A stretch of 64,000 nucleotides of DNA from assembly GCF_009914755.1 (NCBI RefSeq), contig NC_060925.1; one strand, written 5' to 3'. Position numbers and translations under genes: made by a program. Numbering within the stretch: position 1 is the stretch's first letter; each line of letters opens with the position of its first letter. This DNA comes from the human T2T-CHM13v2.0 reference genome, Homo sapiens. Shown here piece after piece: positions 1-18,540 of the stretch. The notes beneath the pieces were generated by a model. The model did not search any database. It saw only the letters and a program-made list of their open reading frames with translations, and had not been told where the DNA came from.

Positions 1-4420
<4,420 letters not shown>

Positions 4421-4819
4421 CAAGGAGAAAAAAACAATCCAGCTCCAACGGTACTGATGTGACAGGAGGTTGTCACAGCAGAGCGGAAGATCTGGCAGAA
4501 AGACGCTGGGAAAGAAGACACTAGGGGAAAACATCAGAAAGTTCGGATGATGAAAACTCACCTCACGCCACAACAATGTAGGATAAAGCCGGCGGTCACC
4601 CCACCCCAGAGTGGGACAAAGTCGCACCACCCCTTGACAATGGGGCATCAAGATCTTATCGCCACGGGGGCTGCATCCTGGTGGGGTCTTTTGGAGGGTT
4701 TAGCACCTTGCATCCTAGAATACAAAACACTTTTGCGTGTTTTTTGGTAGAATTCTCTGATCCCCTACCTCCAATCTGAATTAGGTCTTTCATGTTTTCC
4801 TCACTTGGCTCAGTCTTCT

Positions 4820-4950
4820 ACACCTTTACATAGTTGTATTTTTATATATTTGTTTAATGTCTGACTGTCAACTCCATGAGAGTGAGAATCATGTCTATTT
4901 CCTTCACTATAATTTATCCTCTGCCTGGCACATAGTGGGTGCTCAAGAAT
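4820..4950 (+). mobile_element. L2 3' end fragment
   Basis: ctccatgag...tgcctggcacatagtgggtgctcaa resembles the L2 3' terminus. Confidence 0.6.
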
Positions 4951-5373
4951 GGCAGCTTCATCACTAACTCCATAAACAACACGCAATTGTAAGTTACTGT
5001 TTCTTGCTCGATCAAGAAAGCTCAGATTATTTCAGAATTTGCTGACAAACTAATCTCTACAACTTTAAAACGTTCCAAGAACTGTATTAAAAGAGTTTCT
5101 ATAGTTGAGTTTGCCCTTCAAAGTAAGAGAGATTTAGAGTGTAGGATAAAATAAGAGTAAGAAGAGAGTAAATGATTGGAGACAGGCTGGAGCCACAGTT
5201 TGGTTTTGCTGTAATCTCAGAATTAAAGAGCACAGGCAGAATTGGGTGTGAATCACACTTGCTGTGTGTGATGCTATTCATGATTCTATTAAATCATTTG
5301 CAAAAGGGAGCTAGTAATAATGCTTCTACACATAAATGTTGTAAGAATTAGAAATAATTCACTTTAAAAAAAG

Positions 5374-5572
5374 TTTTTTTAGAGACAGGATCTCACTCTG
5401 ATGTCCAGCCCGGAGTGCAGTGGGGTGATCACTGCAACCTCAAACTCTTGGACTCAAACTATCCTTCCATCTCAGCCTCCAGAATAACTAGGACAACAGA
5501 TGCACAGCACCACACCCAGCTAATTCTAAATTTTTGTAGAGGGGCGGTCTCCCTATGTTGCCCAGGCTGGCT
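5374..5572 (-). mobile_element. Alu (AluJ-like, partial), inserted in a MIR relic
   Basis: Alu right-arm sequence with poly-T. Confidence 0.85.
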
Positions 5573-5638
5573 GGAATTAGAAGTAATTCAAATTGTTTGC
5601 TTATTCAGTGTAGTAGGTACTCAATAAGTATCTGTTTA

Positions 5639-5950
5639 GGCCAGATGCAGTGGCGCATGCCTGTAATCCCAAGGCTTTGGGAGGCCAAAGTGGAGGATCC
5701 CTTGAGGCCAGGAGTTCTAGACCAGCCTGGGCAACAGAGCAGACTGGAGACCCCATCTCTACACAAGAAATAAAAAATAGCAGGGATTAGTGGCCTACAC
5801 CCTGTAGTCCTAGCTACCCTGAAGGCTGATGTAGGAGGATTGATTGAGCCCAGGAGTTCAAGGTTACAGTAAGCTATGATCATGCCACTGCACTCTAGCC
5901 CAGGCAACAGAGCAAGACCCTCTCTAAAAAAACAAAAAAAGAAAGAAAAA
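5639..5950 (+). mobile_element. Alu (AluJ-like)
   Basis: Full dimer with A tail. Confidence 0.9.
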
Positions 5951-6280
5951 GAAATCTGTTTATATTGGTAAATGGATTTATATCTGTAAATATCTATAAA
6001 TAGATTACTGCAAAATAGCATAATCCCTACTCCACCTTGAATCTGGTACCACATTTACAGGCTTCCATAACACACACTATTTTCTTTCCTATAATTTATC
6101 AGAGTTTTTTGGGAGAACGAATATTCCTTTAATGCCTGTCCCCCTAACTAGACTATGAGCTGTGGAAGGGCAGGAACCATTTCCATGTAAGGGCCTATTT
6201 CTACCACCTGCCAAAATGCCTACACATAGAAGATGTTCAGAAAATATTTGCACTTTGAATCAATGAATATGTTATTCTGA

Positions 6281-6606
<326 letters not shown>

Positions 6607-6669
6607 CTATATTTATGTGTTTATTTGCTTAATGTCTGTTTCCCAAAATAGACTATAAGCTCCATGTTA

Positions 6670-6970
6670 GGCGGGCGTGGTGGCTCACACCTGTAATTCC
6701 AACACTTTGGGAGGCTGAGGTGGGTGGATCACTTGAGGCCAGGAGTTCGAGACAAGCCTGGTCAACATGGTGAAACTCCACCTCTACCAAAAATACAAAA
6801 ATTAGCTGGGCATGATGGTGGGCATCTGTAATCCCAGCTACTCGGGAGGCTGAGGCAGGAGAATTGCTTGAACCTAGGAGGCGGAGTTGCACTGAGCCGA
6901 GATTATACCACTGCCAGCCTGGGAGACAGAGTGAGACTGTGTCTCAAAAACATAAATAAAAAATAAAAAA
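6670..6970 (+). mobile_element. Alu (AluS-like)
   Basis: Full dimer with A-rich tail. Confidence 0.93.
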
Positions 6971-8032
6971 TAAGCACATAAATATATAAATACAGATGGT
7001 AATAACACGGCAAATAAGACATTTGGGAATATGCAATATGTGGTTGTGAATAACAAGAATGCTAGATTAATTGGACCATAAGTTTGTGGTGAGAAATAGT
7101 GGGAAAAGACTGCAAGAGAGACAGGAGACATTGTGAAAAGCTTTTAAAAGCATTGTAAAATGCTAACTTGAGGAATCTGCATTTTCTTAGGTTGGTGGAG
7201 GGAAGCTAATAAAGGTATTTTGAGCAGGACAGTTATATGATAAAAGGCAGTGTTTTAGGAATATTAACCAGACAGAAATATGTAGGATGAATCAGGAGAA
7301 AGATAAAGTCTGGAGGCAAAAGATGAGTTTGGAGATAAACCAACAGTGTGGGAAGGAGGTAATAAAGGCTTGTAGAAGGCATTGGACGAAAAGATATCTA
7401 GACATCGGGCAAAAAGGGGCTGAAATCTGGCCTGCACTCCATTTGCCCATCCCTGCACCAACCAGGTTGCATCTGGGTGCCTCTTTCTCATTCTCACCAA
7501 GTGACCATATGGGCTAGCAATGGCTCTGGGCCTGTGTTACCTCTCTCTGTTTGATCCCTCTTCTCTGATGAGAGAATTGACATATTTCAAGGAGACTGTG
7601 GGAGTCTAAAGATACTTATTTTACAGCATTGCAATCCCCAGGGTGAAAACACAAATACCAAAAATCAATAACCAGGAAGAATACCTCACATCTTAATACA
7701 ACTCTTTTGATGTCAGGAAAATTTTGATCCAACCTTAGAAATAAATCTTTAAATTTGCATTTGTGAAACATCCTCAACCCCTTTGCATGGAATGAAATGA
7801 TGAGATGAAGGTGAAGGATAGAGTGAGACTCAGAGATGAGGATTTAGGTATCATTTGACAAGCAAACTGTATGCAACCCAGTCATTTATTTAATAAAATT
7901 TATTTTGGCTTCTATTTCAAAATGTAGAAGATAGACACCTGTGCTTCCTGATAACACTTTGTTTGGGTATATCATAAACACTGAATGAAGTGGGAATGAG
8001 AAATATTTAGGAATTAGAAAGGAAGATCATAA

Positions 8033-8315
<283 letters not shown>

Positions 8316-8360
8316 AGAAGACCATGATTTGAATTGATTGGACCTATTACCCAACTCTGG

Positions 8361-8664
8361 TTTTTTTTTTTTTTTTTTTTTTGATACAGAGTTTCACTCT
8401 TGTTGCCCAGGCTGGAGTGCAGTGATGCAATCTCAGCTCACTGCAACCCCCACCCCTTGAGTTCAAGCAATTCTCCTGCCTCAGCCTCCTGAGTAGCTGG
8501 GATTACAGGTGCCCGCCACCATGCCTGGCTAATTTTTGTATTTTTAGTAGAGACAGGGTTTCACCATGTTGGCCAGGCTGGTCTTGAACTCCAGACCTTG
8601 GGTGATCCACCCACCTCAGCCTCCCAAAGTATTGGGATTACAGGTGTAAGCCACTGTGTCCAGT
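8361..8664 (-). mobile_element. Alu (AluS-like)
   Basis: Poly-T plus full dimer. Confidence 0.93.
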
Positions 8665-9247
8665 CAACTGCTATTTTTCTTGTGGTAGACTTCGTGGTTC
8701 TCTTCCTTCAGTTATGGAGCAGCCATAAAATTAGAGGACTTTAGCTCCAAGGGTAAGTGCTAACTTGTCTGATCAACTGGCATAATTCCATATCTCATTC
8801 TAAAGTGATTCATTCAGGGATAGGCAGAGATAAGTCAATCAGTGTATGGCATTTCCCTGGTCGTAGGGATTGGTTCAGGAATGAGCATAACCTATTGGGC
8901 CAATAAGATATGTGGTTTGCTAGCAACTTCCAGGAAAGAAGAAAGTTCTTACTCTTTTAAGAGAGCTTACAAAAGCAATTCTCTTAGTGCCTCGACCCAG
9001 AAAAGGAGGTTGTTGGTAGCATGCTGTGAATACAAAGGTAAGCCAGGCTTGGGTTGAAGCTGACATACCAAAAGACTTATGGGAAAGATGAAAAAAAAAA
9101 AATGAGATTTCTGATGGCATTGCTAAACAGCTGAATCAAAACCTGAAGCCCTCTATCAACATCCAGTTACATGAACCAATAAATCTCCTTTATTATTTTT
9201 TCAATACTTTATTGAGGCGGAATTTTCATGCATTAAAATGCACAAAT

Positions 9248-9533
9248 CGCCGGGGGCGGTGGCTCACACCTGTAATCCCAGCACTTTGGGAGGCCGAGGT
9301 GGACAGATCATGAGGTCAGTAGTTCGAGACCAGCCTGGCCAGCATGGTGAAACCCCGTCTCTACTAAAAATACAAAAGTTAGCTGGGCATGGTGGCATGC
9401 GCCTGTAATCCCAGCTACTCAGGAGAATCGCTTGAACCCAGGAGGCGGAGGTTATAGTGAGTCGAGATCGTGCCACTGCACTCCAGCCTGGGCGACAGAC
9501 AGACTCCGTCTCAAAAAAAAAAAAAAAAAAAAA
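9248..9533 (+). mobile_element. Alu (AluS-like)
   Basis: Dimer with long A tail; TSD-like aaaatgcacaaatc / aaaagcaccaatc. Confidence 0.93.
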
Positions 9534-11271
9534 AGCACCAATCTTTTTTTTTTTGAGTACTTTTAATTAAAAGGCACAATTCTCAGGTGTACAGCTTGAT
9601 GATGTTTTCCCCCTGAGTCTGCTTTCTAGGAAGACTTTTTACAAATGTATACACCCATGAGGTCTTTACATAGAAAAAATGTAGAATGTTTCTGTCATTC
9701 CAGAAAAGTCCATTATGTCCCTTTCAGCTTGATACCCACCTCCCAGAGATACCAATTATTCATTTAAATGGAATAATATGGCATAAATTATTTTATGTCT
9801 GGTTTATTATTAAGCATAATAATAATTGAGAGTCACCTATGTTATTCTCATGACAGTTTGTTCTGTTTTTATACTTAGTAGTATTCCACTATATAAATGT
9901 ACCACATGTTGTCTATTCTCCCTCTAATGGACATTTAGGGTGTGAATTAGTCAAGATGGGATTAGATGTGCAAGAGATTTATTAGACGTTATGCTTAATA
10001 GGGAACATGGAGAGGAAGCTAGAAGCTAGGGAAGACTGTAAGAGACATCAGATCTCAATGCAGATGAAAGAGAAAAGAAAGGAAGGAAGGTTGAATGGGG
10101 GGGTCTTAGAGTGCAGTATAGTTCTAAGAAAGTTAGGCAAGACCAAATGTGCCCATCAGAGGAGTCCTGCGCCTTCTAGGAATGGACCTGTCTTAGTACT
10201 CCTTCTCATTGTACTAAATCACTGGGTGGCAGCAGCCTGTGGAAAGCATTTATCCAGAGGTAAATGCAGGGATAGATTTTGGAGCACAGCAGCTAAAGTG
10301 GTCAGTAAAGTATGCCTCCCACAGCCAGAAATCTGAGAAGAGCATTTTCATGGCTGCCACAGTTCACTTCTTTTACCTCACCAATTTACTTCTTCATGCA
10401 AATCAGGGAGCAGATCTTCCACAGTTCTCTTCCTGAGGGGAAACTCAGAAGAGGATAGTTAATGGGATGAGCTCTATTCCCTATTGTTACAACTGGTCTT
10501 GGGGCCACAACTGGAACTCATCTTTTTCTTCTTCCACTATCCATTCTGAATTCCCCTCACCCTCCGTTATCACCTCAGCGGGTCTTGGAACTTGCTTAGA
10601 GATGTGATCCAAACCCTCAGTCCTTAGAGTTCTGAGCTCTCAGCAATCATACCTTTATAGGCCAGGATTATTCCATGTGTCTGTTCACAGTTACATTGGG
10701 GCAGGGAGGCAATCAGGAAGATCTCTTCAGTTCTACACGTATTCCTTCCTGCTCACACTGTGTAAGAGGAATACTGCCTCCTGCTTAAGGGTCAATGACT
10801 CCTGCCAGTATGCTAACTCCTTTTCTCACCTGCTAGCCCCTGGGCACAAGGAGTCTCTGATGCCCTGGCAGCAGCCGTAAGTTAGGGTGCAATGGATTCG
10901 AACCTTTAGTCCTGTAGAACCTAGAGTTGTGGGGACAGGAAGCACAGAATCTCCCAGAAGTTCATTGTAAATGATGATAAATAATGAGGCCACTCTTGTC
11001 TCTACTCCTTGGTTTCTCATTTCTGTTGGAGCCACAACACTATATAGAGGTGCCTAATTCATTGCATACTCATCATCTTGAAGGATGCCACCCCATCCCT
11101 TCAAAATGTGGTCTCTGAACTAGGCATATCAAATGTGTCTATAGAAGGGCATTTAAGCATTTTATAAGGCTGGTTGCTTCTATGCCTGTAGAAGGTCTTT
11201 CCAGCATTTTATGAGGCTGGCTGGATATTGTGTTATATGATATGACTAGGGTATTCAATGGTGATGCCAGA

Positions 11272-11637
11272 TATCTTAATCCATTTTGTGCTGCAATAAC
11301 AGAATACCACAGACTGGGTAATTTACAAAGAATGTAAGTTTATTCAACACATGATTTGGAGGCTGGTAAGTCCAAGAGCATGGCACCAACATCTAGTGAG
11401 GGCCTTTGTGCTGTGTTTTCCCACAATGGAAGAAAGTGAGCCTGTGAGACAGAGGATGGGAGCCAAACATCATCCTTTTATCAGGAACCCACTCCTGTGA
11501 TAACTAACCTACTCTCATGATAATGACGGCAGGGCCCTCATGACCTAATCACCTCTTAAAGGTCCTGACTGTCAATGCTGTTATAATGGCAATTAAATTT
11601 CAACATGAGTTTTAGAAGGGACATTCACACTATAGTA
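11272..11637 (-). mobile_element. MaLR solo LTR (MST/MLT1A-type)
   Basis: MaLR LTR sequence; 5-bp TSD CCAGA at 11267-11271 and 11638-11642. Confidence 0.85.
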
Positions 11638-13457
11638 CCAGATGACTCTCAAACACCTGTTGCTGTGAAGTGGGTTCCCTGGTTGGATGCTATTCCTTGT
11701 TGAATTCTATGCCTGTGGATCAGGCATTTCATAAGTCCTTGGGTACTGGGGCTATTTGAGGTCTGTAGGCAGGAAAGGCAAACTCATATGCAGGTATCTC
11801 TCCTTTTGAAAACAAACTCTTGACCCTTTTAGAATGAAAGGGACTGGTGTGCTGTGTGATACAGTTGGCCTGTAGCAGGAACAATGCTATATCAGGAGGT
11901 TAGTTGTTCATTTTGGTTGCCAACAGGTTGGACATTCAAGGCAGCAATAGCTAGATAAATCTTGATAGATGGGAATGCCTGCTGTTGAGCCTATATGTAA
12001 TTTCCACTTATGCCACCATGAGTTCTCTGTCATGTCCCCATCATACCAGTCCTGGGGCAGCCAGCTAGTTAGCACCAGGCTAGTTAGCAATACCTGGCCA
12101 AGTCATTTTTGTCTGCTTGACTGTTCAATGCCTCTTTCATGTTGGATGCTTTTAGGTGGCCATTAATATGTGACACAAAAATCCTTTCCCTTCCAGGTCC
12201 CTGACCAGAGGGCCCAAGCCCTCTGGTCATTGCCTTCTGGTCACTGCCCAGGAATCTATATATATATATTCACCTCTCTAGCCACTTTCACCTGCTCACA
12301 AAGCAGCTAGCCAGATGCACTGCTCCCAGCTCTACTCATTTGGAAAAGTTTTCCTTTCCGCCATTTTTCAGGGCCACTGCTGAATATGACTATAATGCCA
12401 TTACTGTCCATTTTTGGCTTGTATCCACATTCCAAACAGGCCTACCCATAAACCAAGCTCAGGCTTTTTCTTCCTTTTTCAGCGCTCACATCAGACTTAC
12501 CTTCTCTCATATAGATATAAGCACAAGCTTAGGGAAGAGCAATAATGCAAATATAGCAGGTGGTATAGGAGGCCTAGACTTCCTGCTCATGCTCTCTATT
12601 CCTCCTAAGGCTGTTATAGTCCTGGATGTAATGTCTCTATCTAATGACAGATGCTGGTATGGCTGAATTTATGACTTGGCAGGTCTAACAGAACCCAGCT
12701 CATAATGGAAAGTTTCATACTCAAAGTAACTTAGTGCCCCAGAGTCAAGCGTCCTGTCTCTACCAGGGCCCAGTAAGGCACCAGGAGCTATTTCTCTTAG
12801 GGTATATAATCCTCTCCTGTGACTAACATGACCTTGTTCCAAATTCCCAGGACCTGCACTGTGATTCCTCCACTGGGGCTTCCCATAAACTCCATATTGC
12901 ATCTTTTCCCACCACAGATACCTTCAACTGGGCCTGCTGGCTTATACAGCCCAAGCATCAAGGCTGCTTCCCCTACTGCTTGGCCCTGCTTCAGAGCCCC
13001 TTCCTACTCCAAGCACCACAAAGGATGATAGCGTTCTGTGTTACCTCAGTATAGGGGCTAGAACAGTATTCCTAGGTGTGCAGTCCCTCTTACCTTCAGA
13101 ACCTGAAGAGGCCTATCTGGCTCTGTGCTTCTTTCTATGTACTTGGGATGCAAGATGAAACAATTTTATCTTTCACTTTGAAGGGGATATCCTAACATGC
13201 CCTGAAACTGGGCCCCTAAGCGTTTTACCAAAATGACTGTCTCCAATTCACTGTAGTTTTCTCCCACCCTGCACAGCACATATGTGTCTTAATAAGGCCA
13301 CTAGCATCCTAGCAAACTTTTGCTTATGCTTTTCAGTCAACTTGATGTCATCAATATAATGAATCAACAAGATGTTCTTTGAGATGGTCTGGATCATACT
13401 ACATTATGACAAAGGGCAAGAAATGTAATATAACCCCAAGGCAAAACTATAAATAAC

Positions 13458-13924
13458 TGTAATGGTTAATTTTATGTGTCAACTTGACTAGGCTACGAGA
13501 TGCCCAGATATTTGGTCTAGGTGTTTCTCTGAGGGTATTTTTGAATGAAATTAGCATTTAAATCAGTAGACTGAGTTAAGCAGATTGCCCTCCTGGATGT
13601 GGGTGGGCCTCATCCAACTAGCTGAAGGTCTGAATAGAACAAAAAGGCTGACCTTCCCCTTACTAAGACGGAGTTTTTCCTGCTTGACTGCCTTTGAACT
13701 GGGACATCAGCTTTTTTCCTGCCTTCAGACTCAAACTGAAATATTGGTTTTTCCTGGGTCTCAAGCCTCACACAATTCACACAGGAACTATACTCTCAGC
13801 TTTCCCGGTTCTTACACCTTCAGACTCAGACTAGAACTAAGCCATTGGCTCTCCTGAGTCTCCAGGCAAGGTAAGCTTGCCAACTTACCTTGTAGATCTT
13901 CTCTGGAAAACCCTGACTAATACA
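13458..13924 (+). mobile_element. MLT2 (ERV-L) solo LTR inserted into the RT relic
   Basis: tgtaatggttaattttatgtgtcaacttgact...ccctgactaataca; TSD ATAAC. Confidence 0.88.
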
Positions 13925-14887
13925 ATAACTATGTTTCATATGAATGTATGTCATTCTGATTCTTTCTTGATTAGGACAGAAAAGAAATGCATTTGCCAAC
14001 AAAATGGCTACATGCTATGTACCTGAGGCCATATTAATCTAATCTAGTGATGATACCATGTCCAGTATGGCAGTTGCTACTGCCATACAATCAGGGCTGC
14101 TACTTGGTTGAGATTGTGGTAATCTACAGGCATCCTTTGGAAACTTTCTAGATTCTACAGGGGCCATATTGGCAAGTTAAATGGGGTTACAGTAGGGATC
14201 ACAACCCCTCGCATCCTTTGCACCCTCTCAATCTTTAAACATGGCACTAATCTCCTCCACTGTCCCCACCCCAACTCTGAGGGTTCATAGGGATGGGGCA
14301 TTTTCAGAGGCATGGTGGGATCAGACAGGCAGAATGGTCAGACCATGGTGCCAACCTTTGCAGCCGAATAGAGGGCTTCAGGGCAAAGATTTCCCATTAA
14401 AAGAGTCCTGCATTAAGCACAAATGGCAAGGCACATGTACAGTCATTGGCTAGAGCCTCCCTGAGAAAAGCATGCCTTCAGCTCACAAACTGAGGTAGAA
14501 CCTGATGAAGCTAACAGCTGGAAACTATTAGCTAAACACATTCCTTGCAGTGGAGCAAATAGTCCTTCTCAAAAGGGGATATCAGTGACCCAGTTGTGTG
14601 TCTACCACTTTTTCCTTTCTTCCTATACACCCACCCTTATCAACTTTTCCAGGCACCTGGTATCTCCAAGCCCTGAGTTTTTCTAAGGGATGTAATCTAA
14701 ACAAACCTTCTTTGTGGATTTCACCCCATGAAGATTCCTGGGTTTCTTCTTACTCCATTCAGCAAAGACAATTTGTCCATCTGCTTTTCATCTTCCAGAT
14801 TGTTTAAAAATGTTGGTCCTCTGTTGTTATCGCATTTGTTCTTTCCATGGGTTTATACTTTTCTCATTCTCTTTTTGCCATCTAGAT

Positions 14888-14990
14888 CAGGGGCTGGCAA
14901 AACTTTTTCTATATAGAGCCAGATAGTATATATTTTAGGCTTTACAGGCCATGCAAAAAACAGGCTGTGGCTGTAGTTCATCAGCCCCTG
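14888..14990 (+). mobile_element. MER58A-like hAT element (internally deleted)
   Basis: cagggg...cccctg termini; 8-bp NTCTAGAN-type TSD. Confidence 0.75.
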
Positions 14991-14998
14991 ATCCAGAG

Positions 14999-15159
14999 CC
15001 TTACTATCCAAAATGTGATCCACAGATCAGCAACACTGGCATCACCTAGAAGCTTGATAGAAATGTAGAATCAAGCCTCACCCCAGAATTTTTGGATGCA
15101 TTGCATGTTAATGAGCTCCTCAGTTGATTCATATGCATGTTGAAGTTTGGGAAGTACTG
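14999..15159 (+). mobile_element. MER5A1-like hAT element
   Basis: ...ggcatcacctagaagcttgatagaaatgtagaat...gaagtactg; TSD atccagag / atctagag. Confidence 0.75.
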
Positions 15160-15622
15160 ATCTAGAGAGATTTAGCGGAAGGAGCAGAAATAAATGCAAA
15201 TGTTCAACCCATTATAGTTAACCAGAAGTCTTTTTCATTAAAGCTATTCTGATGTGGGGTTTCTAATATTTGCAATTGAGGGTGTGCTAATTCACATCTC
15301 CTTGGTGATGGAGCCTCATGCAAATCATTTCACTTTTCTGGATCTTATTCTCTTTTCCATAATTAAATGTTTAAATCAGATGATCTTTTATGGTCTCTTC
15401 TAGCTCTCAGATTCCATGACCCTGTGTCTCTAGTCCTGAAGAAGAAAGAGAAACTGACGACCTGGGCAGAAAACAAAAATAAAATGAACTCAGACACAGA
15501 GACGCAAAGACCCAGTTACTGGACTTTAAATAAGAGGAGAAGGTTTGATCTCTGAATAAAAATAGATATAACATGATTATAATGAAGCTTAAGTTTCAAA
15601 ACCCCTCACTTGCACTGGCTGC

Positions 15623-15942
15623 TTTTTTTTTCTTTTTTTGTTTTTTTTTTTTTGGTAGAGACAGAGACTTGCTCTGTCATCCAAGCTGGAGTGCATTGGT
15701 GCGATCTCGGCTCACTGTAATCTCCCCATCCCAGGTTCAAGCAATTCTTCTGCCTCAGGCTCCCAAGTAGCAGCTGGAATTACAGGTGTGCGCCACCATG
15801 CCCAGCTAATTTTTGTATTTTTAGTAGAGACGAGGGTTCACCATGTTGGCCAGGCTGGTCTTGAACTCCTGACCTCAGGTAATCCACCTGCCTCAGCCTC
15901 CCAAAGTGCTAGAATTACAGGCATGAGCCACTGCGTCCAGCC
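15623..15942 (-). mobile_element. Alu (AluS-like)
   Basis: Full dimer; TSD gcactggctgct. Confidence 0.93.
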
Positions 15943-15974
15943 GCACTGGCTGCTGGCTGCTTTTAAACCGCACC

Positions 15975-16273
15975 TTTTTGTTTGTTTGTTTTTAGACAGA
16001 GTCTCACTCTGTCACCCAGGCTGGAGTACAGTGGTGTGATCTCGGCTCACTGTAACCTCTGCCTCCTGGGTTCAAGAAATTCCTCTTCTTTGGCCTCCCA
16101 AGTAGCCAGAATTACAGGCACATGCCACCAAGCCTGGCTAATTTTCCTGTTTTTGTGGAGACAGGATTTCACCATGTTGGCCAGGCTGGTCTCGAACTCC
16201 TGACCTCAAGAGATCTGCCCGTCTAGGCCTCCCAAAGTGCTGGGATTACAGGCGTGAGCCACCACACCTGGCC
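15975..16273 (-). mobile_element. Alu (AluS-like)
   Basis: Full dimer. Confidence 0.92.
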
Positions 16274-16452
16274 CCATTTAAACTCTTGTAACTAATTTGC
16301 TTTTGTGCTTAATCTTATATTCATAATTGTGTTCCTTTTCTTAAAGACAACACCTAGATTGCATAGGCTCCTGGTCCCACAAAACTTGGACCTGCCTCAA
16401 TTTCTGAAAAGTAATAAGGAATAATTACCAGAATCATATATAAGACGAGAAC

Positions 16453-16753
16453 GACCGGGTGCAGTGGCTCAAGCCTGTAATCCCAGCACTTTGGGAGGCC
16501 GAGGCGGGTGGATCACAAGGTCAGGAGTTCAAGACCAGCCTGGCCAAGATGGTGAAACCCCATCTCTACTAAAAACGACAAAAATTAGCCCGGCGCAAAG
16601 GCAGTCTCCTGTAGTCCCAGCTACTCGGGAGGCTGAGGCAGGAGAATCGCTTAAACTGGGAGGCAGAAGTTGCAGTGAGCCGAGATCACGCCACTGCACT
16701 CCATCTCCATCCTGGGCGACAGGCCGAGACTCCGTCTCAAAAAAAAAAAAAAA
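16453..16753 (+). mobile_element. Alu (AluSg-like)
   Basis: Full dimer with A tail. Confidence 0.93.
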
Positions 16754-17199
16754 AGCTCTGAATTTATTATCCTCAGAAGATGAGTTATCCACTTATTCTA
16801 CAAAAAACAATAGGCCATTGCACTGACTTCTTCTTTTCTTTCTCTAAAGATCACAGCATCCTGCCTTCTTTTTATCCTGCCTCCTACCAAATTTAAGCTC
16901 TTTGCCTATGCCCTCCAACTCACCTTCTCTGGGTCCTTCAGGATCTTCCTGTCATAATTAGCCCCTATTTTTCAGACCTTCTCAATTTCTGTCTCTCCGC
17001 TGAGGATTTTCACTTTCCCTTCCAGTATGTACAAACTCTCTTATTCTGAGAGGAAAAGAGTCTCTGTTTGACCCCTCAATTCTCTCTGACTTGTGTTATA
17101 TTTCACACTCTCTTTTCATTGTCATATTTGAATAAGTGGTCTAGATATAAAGATCTCTATGTCTTCACCAGTATCTCCTTAATGCCCAGGCATTAATAA

Positions 17200-18540
17200 A
17201 AACTGGCAGTATCAATTACTTCTGAAACTAGGGATGAAGGAGAGTGGCTAAAATGAGGATTGGGTAACAGCTATTTGAGTAGTGATTACTTTCCTACATC
17301 TCCTCCCCCATTTCCCTATGGTTACATGACCATCCCTCTCCCACTACAGTAGAAGTTTGGAGGCTGATTTTCTGGGGAAGATATGATGAAGACCTCTGGT
17401 CTGGGGGTGCCAGGTATAGTTAAAGGGTTGGATACCTTGTAAAAACAGAGAAATCAGATGACAATACACATACTAAATGCTGAGACCCTCTTAGTTCATC
17501 TCCCACACTGCTCCCAGAACATTGGCTGCAGCTGGACCTCTGCAGGCAGGAAATGCAAGACTCTCACCGGGCACTCTGACCATCCCAAAAGAAAGACCTA
17601 AAAATACTGACATTAGGGGTTTTTCCAACAAATGGCTCCTGTTGATCTGTTCACAGAGAAACTCAAAATGAATAAGCCCCACCTTGTGCTCAAGCTTCCA
17701 ATCAGCTCTTTAACTTGTAATCATGATCAGATAACCAAGAATTTTTATATCTTTGAAGAAGATATATGTCTCACACCAAAGACATATATCAAAACAACCA
17801 AACAACAAATGGAAAAAAAAAAATCTTAGGGAAAATAAAGCATCTGCCAGGAGAAGAAAATTCCACAGAGAGAAGAGAGAATAACACATGCATAAAACAA
17901 GAATAGGGTGTCATCAAGAATGAATTAATAAAAGGAGCATTTAGAGGACAAAGGAAAAAGAATTTTGGAAATTAAATACATAATAGCAGAAATTCACATA
18001 TTAATAAAGTTGAAGAAATCTCTTTAAAGTAGTGCAAAATGAGTTAGAAATGGAAAATAGGAGAGAAAAGATGAGAAAACTAGATGACCAGTTCAAAACG
18101 TACAACATCAGAATAATAGCAGTCACCCAAAAAAATCAAAGGGGAGGGAATCATCAATGAAATAATTTAAGCTGGGCAAAGTGGCTCATGCCTGTAATCC
18201 CAGCCCTTTGGAAGGTCAAGGCAGGAGGGTTTGCTTGAGGCCAGGAGTTTGGGAACAGCCTGGGCAACACAGTGGGACCCCATCTCTACAAAAAAGTTTT
18301 AAAAAACGTAGCCAGGCTTGGTGGCACATGCCTGTAGTTCTAACTACTGAGGAGGCTAAGGTTAGAGGATCTCTCGAGTTCAGGAATTTGAGGTTACAGT
18401 GAGCTATGATCACACCACTACGCTCCAGCCTGAGTTACAGAGTGAGATCCTGTCTCTAAAAAAAGAAAAAGGAAAGGAAGAACTCAATAAAATTTCCCAG
18501 AATTGAGGCACACAAATTTCTAGATTTGAAAGGTCTATGG
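17200..18540 (+). mobile_element. Old L1 (L1M) 5'/ORF1-region relic
   Basis: A-rich ORF1-like sequence (...aaaatttcccagaattgag...tctagatttgaaagg). Confidence 0.55.
18170..18465 (+). mobile_element. Alu (AluJ-like)
   Basis: Full dimer. Confidence 0.9.

Larger units (their letters stand above)
9942..14608 (-). mobile_element. Degraded ERV-L-class provirus (LTR16-like LTRs at about 9942-10361 and 14330-14608; pol/dUTPase relic between)
   Basis: Minus-strand motifs: RT 'LIHYIDDI' (YIDD 13347-13358), 'VLPWGY..ALCHNVV', 'AILLANAF', integrase-like 'SYHI..PASLIKCW', and dUTPase 'LRLLPGH..GVSILAGVIDP' (~10785-10882) downstream of IN as in ERV-L; purine tract before the 3' LTR. Confidence 0.8.

Noticed and set aside
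7390-7790. Processed pseudogene (AATAAA near 7740)
   Set aside because: No poly(A), TSD or recognisable protein similarity.
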